Source: Macrostomum lignano
Lineage: Eukaryota
Reading direction: 5' to 3'
DNA length: 55,052 bases
NCBI GenBank assembly: GCA_002269645.1
Contig: NIVC01004209.1
Coordinates: 1 to 55,052 of the forward strand
Part shown: positions 47,144-55,052 of the stretch, one piece after another
How positions within the stretch are numbered: position 1 is the stretch's first letter
How the letters are laid out: each line of letters begins with the position of its first letter
Position numbers and translations under genes: made by a program
The notes under the pieces: model-generated
What the model saw: the letters and a program-made list of their open reading frames with translations, nothing else
Told to the model about the DNA's origin: nothing
Database searches by the model: none

Positions 47144-49812
47144 TTTGTATTTAAAAATAATAATTCAGAGTGATAATGAAAAGTAAAAATTATTAAGGCA
47201 ATTTGCACGAGAAAAGAGAAAGATTGAGAACTACATGCATTGACACGCTTTTTAAACTCAGCGAACCACACCACCCCAAAAAGCTAGACCACCCTCTTGT
47301 ACGAGTACACTGTTAAATATGTACATTGTGTACATTGTGTACACTAAGCCTAAGTTCTCTCCCCAACACCCTATGCTAATTGGTCAAGACTTTTTTAGCC
47401 TAGCCTAGTTTAATTAATTTAAATATCTGTTTCAGAAAAGGCTCAGTCCATTTGTGTAGCAATGTTGCATTCTGATTTGAATCGATCATATAAGAAATAT
47501 ATTATTTCTCTCTGTTTTGGGGGTTTGCGGGTGAATAATTTAGAATTTGGTTTGTTATCCTTTTACGCTCGTATTATTGTCAGTGTCAGTGTGCAGTGTA
47601 CAGTGTTAGTGTATGTTATTATGGATGCCTTTACTTAGAAGCGATTCTAGCCAAGGTGAATTATAATTTATTGGGTGCATAGGTGGCGCATTCAATATTC
47701 ACTTTCACTGGGTTAAAGTAGAAGTCACATGAAGCAGTTACGAAATTATTAATTTCTCAGTTTGCAAAAGCATGTTTTTCGAATATTTAATCCCTTTAGC
47801 ATTGATACATGTACCGTAAGAGGAAATTTCTGATCGAATGGGCTATCTCTTGTCAATTACACTGTGGCTCTTATAATTCAATTCTTTCACCATGTCAGTT
47901 AGAGTAAAATTTATGACATAATCAATTTCTCAGTCAGCAAGCATCAATTTCAATTTCAATTTAAGTTAGCAATATGGTTACACAATTTCAATCGACTCTG
48001 ATGCTATGCTTCCATATTGTTTTTTTAACACTGCGAGCCCAGTACACGGACAATAAATAAATACAATATGGTTATGCAATCTCAATCAAGTCTTGTGTGC
48101 TTTTCTTCGACACTGTTTTCAACTTGTTGTGATGCAATCTTTATCACAATCGGAATTCAGCCAGTCAGTTTTTTCTCTAGCATTCTTACAATGCATTTCA
48201 GGTCGAAAGTTCTGCTTGACCTTTGCAAAAAAGCATGTTTTTCGAATATTTAATGCTTTAACATTGAGCAATTTCTTAGCCAGGATGCATGTACCGTCCC
48301 AGGAAAATTTCTGATCGAATGGTGCAAGTTTGAAGAAAATCGGTTGAGCCGTTTTTTCTGGAATCTATCTCACACATACACACAGACATTTCATTTTTAG
48401 TATATAGGACTAGCTAAAGTTTTGCCCCCCTTCGGGGAGCAGAAATAATTAATATTCGTCTAATATAATATACCTTTTAGCAGGAGTACTTTAAGTGTCT
48501 TTCTTAAGCTTAAGCTTAAAATAGGAATTTTTGGAGATCGTTAATAACGCATTTTAGGTAAAACAAAACTATCAACTTTTTACAGTTTTTTAGTTTAGAG
48601 CCCTGTATATGTCAACGTGTTTGATAAAAATTATTTTATTTATTTAGTTTATAAAACTGTTGAGATCACTTTTTTAGTTGTTACTGAAAATAAATTAAAT
48701 AATATTCCAAGAAATTGCGACTTTCCGAGAAATGACTTGCTTTATTCCGATTTTCTTGTTGCTTGTATTGCTCATGTGTACTACAGTTTTATACACATCC
48801 CGAGAAATTTTTTACTTTCTTCATTTGTAAGTGAATTTCTTAGCCCTGCTCATCGTACTAACTGCGACTGCAATGTTCCGAACAATAAGTAGCTCAGCAT
48901 TGCAACTATTGCCCTTGAATGAGGCCCCTCTTATTATAATAAATGACTTAAAGAGTCAGTTCAATGCAGCTATCTCATTGTGAATGGACTTTGCAAAAGC
49001 AACTGGAGCTACATCCTTCGACCTTTGGTTTGACACTTTTAATAAAGCTAACATTGGCTATATATAGGCATGATATATGATATATATTATCATGCTAAAT
49101 TCCCCCTTTCTTTTCTAGTCACACTCCTCAGCAGACTTCTCTTTTCTTATATGCCTCATTCACATTGTCAAATCTTATTTTGAATCAAATCCTATATGAC
49201 ATAAAAGTCTATTTCAAATTAGATCCATTTTGATAGTTCAAAATGGTTAGCTCATATCAATGGCTAATTAAATATCAATGGATCAATTTCTAATCTCCTT
49301 TCTTTTTCTTAATGATTCCAGTTCTGATCAGATCCTATTTCTCATCTGACCTCTTTTCTTAGTAATCCATTTTGTATCATTCTTCATTATAAATGCATGC
49401 CTGACAATTTATCTTTTAAAATAGAATAAGGCAGGTACCAGGTGTGCAGATTCATGAATCATGGGACTGGTCTTTGTCCACTGAAACATTTTTTGTATTT
49501 CTTCAATTGCAAAACACATTGAAAACAACAAAACAACAACAATTGAGTGAGCATCTGGCAAAATTATTATTATACAAATACATATCATTATGACATTATA
49601 AGAAAACAAACTCCAAATGTAGAGAATTCAGCGATTTTCCTCTTTCGTTTGTTAAATTATTTTTTCGACAGAAACAAGTTGTGACTACTGAGTAATGTCA
49701 GAAAACGACAGTAATGGGACAGTAATGGGATTCAGTTCAATGAAAAAAGAAAAAATTGCATTGCACCTAAAAATATTACCCACAAACAGTAAACATGATG
49801 CACTTGCAGAAG

Positions 49813-50208
49813 GCTCCGCCAACAAGACAGTATCATTGCACAGTTCATTGCATTTGACTGCAAGAATAATGGTGTCAATCCTACTGCTTGTTGGCTTGCT
49901 TTACTCTGCACTGCTGGTCAGAGGCATTCACTGGGGCAAGTTAAGTTCACGCACTCAACGTCACACAAAAAGCTTAGCTATCACAAGTCTCTAGGTTTGC
50001 TGAAGCTGCTTCAAACCTCTCTCTCATGGCTGCATACCCTCAGTTTTAGAGTGGAAGAACCTCTGAATCGTGAAAAAGCAGCGAACACGTTATTTCAACC
50101 ACAATCTCAACGCCCATTGATATGCAGCCAACCTGCTATATATTCACCTAATATTTACCTACATTAATTTCACTATTACTTATTAACTTTCATGGCACAA
50201 CTAAATTG
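49813..50208. repeat. ~400-bp direct repeat, copy A (copy B 54658-55052, running off the window)
   Basis: Near-identical, offset about 4845 bp; a diverged relative occurs at about 2690-2990. Confidence 0.9.
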
Positions 50209-51525
50209 GGATCCGATTGTATCCGATCCTATTCTGGTTTGCCTTGATCCCAATCTAGTTATGCAATGATCTCAATCTAGTTATGAAAGGATCTCAATTT
50301 AGTTATGCAATAATCCCATTTTAGTTACGCCAAATGATCCCAATTACGCTAAGCAATGATCTTAGTTCTGTTATGCAATGAACCCAATTAGGCTAAGCAA
50401 TGATCTCACTTCTGTTATGCCACAAACACAATTTAGCTAAGCAATGATCTCACTTCTGTTATGCCACAAACACAATTTAGCTATTGGGTTGGGAACCCAA
50501 TTGGCTATTGGGAACCCAATCCGATCCTATTCTGGTTTGCCTTGATCCCAACTCGTAGCAGAAAATTTTCATTACCTTACGGACGCCCCTCTTACTAATC
50601 ATAATTCTGGTAAACTATGAATCCAATTTTCCATTCTTCAATGATCCCATTCGTATCATGCCATGAGCCCAATTTCATTATGCGATAATTCCAATTCTGG
50701 TTTGCTATGATCCCAATTTAGTATGCAAGGATCCCAACTTAGTTATGCCAAATGATCCCAATTACGCTAAGCAATGATCTTAGTTCTGTTATGCAATGAA
50801 CCCAATTAGGCTAAGCAATGATCTCACTTCTGTTATGCCACAAACACAATTTAGCTAAGCAATGATCTTACTTCTGTTATGCCACAAACACAATTTAGCT
50901 AAGCAATGATTTAGGATTGATATATAAGATTCTGTGAATTTAGGATTGGGATCTAAGAGATTCTATGAATTTAGGATTGGGATCTAAGAGATTCTATGAA
51001 TTTAGGATTGGGATTTAAGAGATTCTATGAATTTAGGATTGGAATCTAATAGATTCTGTGAATTTAGCATTGGGATCTAAGAGATTCTGTGAATTTAGGA
51101 TTGGGATCTAAGAGATTCTAAGAATTTAGCATTGGGATCTAAGAGATTCTATGAATTTAGGATTGGGATCTAAGAGATTCTGTGAATTTAGGATTGGGAT
51201 CTAAGAGATCCCATGAATTTAGGATTGGGATCTAAGAGATTCTATGAATTTAGGATTGGGATCTAAGAGATTCTGTGAATTTAGGATTGGGATCTAAGAG
51301 ATTCTGTGAACCCAATGAACAAGCAATGAACCCAATTTAGCTAAGCAATGCTCTCAGTTCTGTAATGCCATAAACCCAATTTAACTAAGCAATGATCTCA
51401 GTTCTGTTATGCAATGAACCCAATTTCGCTAAGCAATGATCTCAGTTCTGTTATGCAATGAACACAATTTAGCTAATCATTTTGCTTAGCTAATCACTGA
51501 TCCCAATTCCATTATGATCCCATCT
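50209..51525. repeat. Compound minisatellite: ~44-bp outer repeat with a nested 31-bp array at about 50908-51308
   Basis: Outer aagcaatgatctcacttctgttatgccacaaacacaatttagct; inner taggattgggatctaagagattctatgaatt. Confidence 0.9.
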
Positions 51526-51702
51526 AATTTTAATTTATTAGGTGAATAAAGCAGGATTTACCTGATACGTCTCATCGGGCCGTATTATACATATCAGGTT
51601 AAACTACTTGTGATGGCTATCGAACTCAGATGCGCTACTGGCAGACAAAAATGCACTCAAGCATTACTCACGTTAATTGCATCTTTATTAGTCTTTCAAG
51701 TC

Positions 51703-53111
51703 CTACTCGTCCATGAAATAATGTGATGGCCCAGGCTTCTCGGACACATTGGGAGCCTTAGGGGTTGACATAGCGGGGATCTGCTGACTTCTGTTGATAT
51801 GATCTCGGGAAAATGTCACCTGTGAAATGAAATTTATATATGAATTTAATCAATTTTTTATATTCATATTACTCTTGAATGAATGAATAAACCTAATCTT
51901 TAGAGATAAGAGGCCTCATTGAACAAGTTAATAATGAATCTAAGCAGTCAATCACTTATTGCTTCTTTAGTACGTTCTCTGACACCATATTTCTATTTAA
52001 CCCACACGTAATACTCGTAAAATCAACTTACCTCTTTGTCCCCAAATCGCACTTTAATTCTTCGCACCTCATCGAATTGGTCGAACATTCGCTCTGGGTA
52101 CTGTAATACCATTTCGTCGTCACGGTTAGCATATTTCTCCCGCTGGGAGCTTTGCGTCACCCGTAGCTCCTCGAAGCACTGTTGGCTAGAAAGCGCATCC
52201 TTGTACCACTGGGTAATGTCGGAGACATCAGCAGAGTCTTCTGGCCAATGCTGAATTTCCGCTTTCGAACATCCGAGACTGATTGTCTGGGAATATTCCT
52301 GGACTTGAGCACCATGAATCGCTAGAACGTCGCCCACAGACCAGTCATTCACTTGGGCAGTAGAGCTGGCCCAAAATGTGCACGACACGGAGGACCCAGA
52401 CTGATCAACAAGCGTCACTTTCGCCAGGTTGATAAGTTTTCCGGAACCGGTTTTAACTTCCGTTGGTTTCTGGACAGCAGAAATCGTGCCATAGACGTTA
52501 ACATTCCTGAGATATGTGAGGCAAAGGGTGAACTTACAAGAATGCATTAACTCATTCACTAAGCAACTTCACTGACTGATTTAAATAAGTTTCCCTAGAA
52601 ATAATTGGCTAACCTAACATTTAGTGGGAATATATATTCCAAATCCTTTCCATTTTATTTTTAACAATTGCAACAAGTTAACTTACATTTTCATTTCACA
52701 GTCCGAAATCTCTTTTATCTTCTTATAGCTTGGTGCACGTCGAGTGACGGTCTCGAGGGTCCTCACAATGGTTCCACGTTGGTCAATTGAAACTGTTAGC
52801 TCGTGCTCATTGTCCGTAGTGCTGTATTTGGGATCCGCCTTCTTCACCCAGCCGCCGGATATGCGGACGGCGACGCCCTCACGACACACCTCCAGGAAAG
52901 GCTTAAGATCCTTTCCGAACACGCTTACACGTATATCGCCGGTGTCGTCACAGAGGATAAAGGAAAACACTTGGCCTGGTCCTCTTTTGCCTTCAAAGTC
53001 CGTGATTTTGGACAGCCTCATTACGAGGCCAACGATTGCAGCGTGCATCAGGCCCGGAAGCAGAGCAGAGATACACGCTTTGCTTTTCTTGGCTCCTTCG
53101 GTTGACTCCAT
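51703..53111 (-). CDS. RPA70-like ssDNA-binding protein, copy 3, 3 exons, 338 aa
   Basis: Exons 53111-52687, 52506-52032, 51819-51703; frame intact. Exon 2 is 475 nt as in copy 2, and exon 3 starts VTFSRD as in copy 2. Confidence 0.85.
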
Positions 53112-53927
53112 ATTGCTCGATTGATAGTTGCCAAAAATATGGATTATAAAAATTTCACTGATAAGGTCTTTACGGTTTGTGGTTTGATAGTTTTAGCATC
53201 AAGGCCAATTGTGCCAGTTTATATTGCAGCATTTCGTTTCGGACAACCCTAACTGTGATGACTCATGCCAATAGAGGGTGCCATGTAAAGATCAATTTAG
53301 ATCTGGCTAACCAATCAGAGAGAGTTTTGTTCTAATCCACCCACTGGGCTACTTGTTGTGGATTGGCTGGTGATTGCCTTAGCTTTTACGTTCTTTCTTT
53401 ATGTACACTGTGTGGGGTGTCAGAGTCGAGTGTGGTGCGACTTGTTATGCAATCTGTTTTCGACACACTTCAATAATAGGACACAAAAAATATCTTAAAT
53501 GTACACTGTAATTGGAAGCCAGTGCGGCGTGTGGCTAACGTGGCTAAAAATAGAGGGTTTCAAGTCAGCCAATAGCAGTAAACTTTGTATTCAACTAAAG
53601 TGATTTCATTAAACTGCCAGTGCAAGCCCCAACCTAGTGCGACTTTTCAGTAATCACAAACAGCTAAAGCCTCATGACGCTCACCAATGAAGCCTCACAC
53701 GATTTTAACTGGGGTTGGGGGTGGCCCTAAGCTGGTATTCATTTTTGCCTAAGCTGAAACGGGCTTTAAAAAAATGAAATGAGTTTCATTTCCTTAGCAA
53801 GGTTTTCAAACCAATCTCGCTAATCCTTGCTTGACATGAGTGAGCGTATATAAACCAGAGTGAGCGTACGACACGCTCGTATAATTTCCACTGTATAGTT
53901 CCACTGTTTAACTCCACTGTTCCACAA
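53112..53927. promoter_or_regulatory. Putative bidirectional promoter (RPA copy 3 / ZK3)
   Basis: About eight CCAAT/ATTGG boxes; TATATAAA at about 53847-53854, roughly 75 nt before the ZK3 ATG. Confidence 0.55.
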
Positions 53928-54216
53928 ATGAAGTTTACCCAGAACTTCTTTTCCGGCGGCGGCAGGCGGCGAGGAGGCCGCGGTGGTGGACACCCTAGAA
54001 AACCTAGTAAGTCTCATTTCTAAGTCTCATTACTGTAATTAAGTCTTTCGAAACCACCTGTTGAGTAAAATTGCACTTTCCAAACTTAACAGTGGCCTGT
54101 TATCTCTGCGGTGGAGGTCACCCTGTGGCCCGGTGTCCGGACCTGGCCGACATGCGGCTGCAGCAGCAGCAACAGCAGCAGCAGCAGCGCAACAGCAGCA
54201 GCAGCAGCAACAGCAA

Positions 54217-54254
<38 letters not shown>

Positions 54255-54313
54255 GCCGCAGCAGCAGCAGCAGCGGAATAATTAAATTCAATTTGTTTGT
54301 GGAATTAACTTGA
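53928..54313 (+). CDS. Small RGG / CCHC zinc-knuckle / polyQ protein (ZK3), orthologous in layout to ZK1
   Basis: Exon 1 53928-54006 (MKFTQNFFSGGGRRRGGRGGGHPRKP), phase-1 intron GTAAGT...ACAG, exon 2 from 54093 (MACYLCGGGHPVARC). PolyQ switches to polyS at cagcgcaac (about 54188). The polyQ frame would stop at 54285. Confidence 0.7.
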
Positions 54314-55052
54314 TATGATTTCTTGATTTTTTTATTTATGTGTTTGAGAATTTAAAGAATTCTAAATAAATAAAATAAATAATTCTGTTTACTGAATAAA
54401 TAAGTGTTTCGTGTTGCTTTTTCTTACTCCTAAATGAAAATAAGAAACTTAACTGACACAGCTCATTGCTATGATCAATTTAGAACCTAAATGAAGTTTT
54501 GGAGCTTAATTGAAAGTTTTTAACTAAACAAACATCCATATGAAAGTATGCAAAATAACATATTATAAATAAGGGAATTCAATGACAACTGATGAGTTAA
54601 TAATTGCTTTGTGAATACTTACTTACAAAGACAGTAGAGATGATGAATTCGCAGATTGCTCCGCCAACAAGACAGTATCATTGCACAGTTCATTGCATTT
54701 GACTGCAAGAATAATGGTGTCAATCCTACTGCTTGTTGGCTTGCTTTACTCTGCACTGCTGGTCAGAGGCGTTCACTGGGGCAAGTTAAGTTCACGCACT
54801 CAACGTCACACAAAAAGCTTAGCTATCACAAGTCTCTAGGTTTGCTGAAGCTGCTTCAAACCTCTCTCTCATGGCTGCATACCCTCAGTTTTAGAGTGGA
54901 AGAACCTCTGATCGTGAAAAAGCAGCGAACACGTTATTTCAACCACAATCTCAAGGCCCATTGATATGCAGCCAACCTGCTATATATTCACCTAATATTT
55001 ACCTACATTAATTTCACTATTACTTATTAACTTTCATGGCACAACTAAATTG

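Larger units (their letters stand above)
34030..48409 (-). mobile_element. Large Helitron E7 (~14.4 kb) with 3'-truncated OTU-RepHel and inverted RPA/zinc-knuckle cassette
   Basis: 3' CTAG 34030-34033 plus hairpin (same 3' block as E3/E4). 5' TC terminus at 48409. No other minus-strand Helitron terminus seen between them; the element may be composite. Confidence 0.7.
48410..55052 (-). mobile_element. Helitron E8, 3' portion (continues right of window) with RPA/zinc-knuckle cassette
   Basis: 3' CTAG 48410-48413 and hairpin gccccccttcggggagc (48424-48440). Confidence 0.7.

Noticed and set aside
1108-48413. Reading the conserved ~600-bp block as a host target sequence or Helentron/DINE-type end
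   Set aside because: It begins with TC plus the typical Helitron 5' motif on the same strand as RepHel, and no subterminal inverted repeats were found; it is best read as the 5' terminus.

Overview
Eukaryotic (metazoan-like: spliceosomal introns, GC-rich exons, AT-rich introns, TTAGGG-like tracts) repeat region made almost entirely of Helitron rolling-circle transposons on the minus strand. At six junctions (1107/1108, 4653/4654, 7099/7100, 10994/10995, 34029/34030, 48409/48410) the 3' end of one element (hairpin + CTAG) directly abuts the 5' TC terminus of the next. A seventh junction (13086-13113) has a 26-nt spacer. The left part (1-18 kb) holds non-autonomous elements filled with minisatellites. 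Two large elements (18083-34029, 34030-48409) carry intron-containing OTU-Rep-Pif1 helicase genes, both disrupted as assembled, and a third (48410 to window end) is cut off. Each of the three large elements carries the same accessory cassette: a 3-exon two-OB-fold RPA70-like gene paired head-to-head, across a 0.8-0.9 kb CCAAT-rich spacer, with a small 2-exon gene encoding a CCHC zinc knuckle, a polyQ tract and an RGG- or RS-rich segment. The spliced small genes are not visible as such in the ORF track and are the best candidate for an undescribed system. A tRNA-like Pol III promoter unit sits in the shared 5' terminal region of six elements. Host species cannot be determined from the sequence alone.
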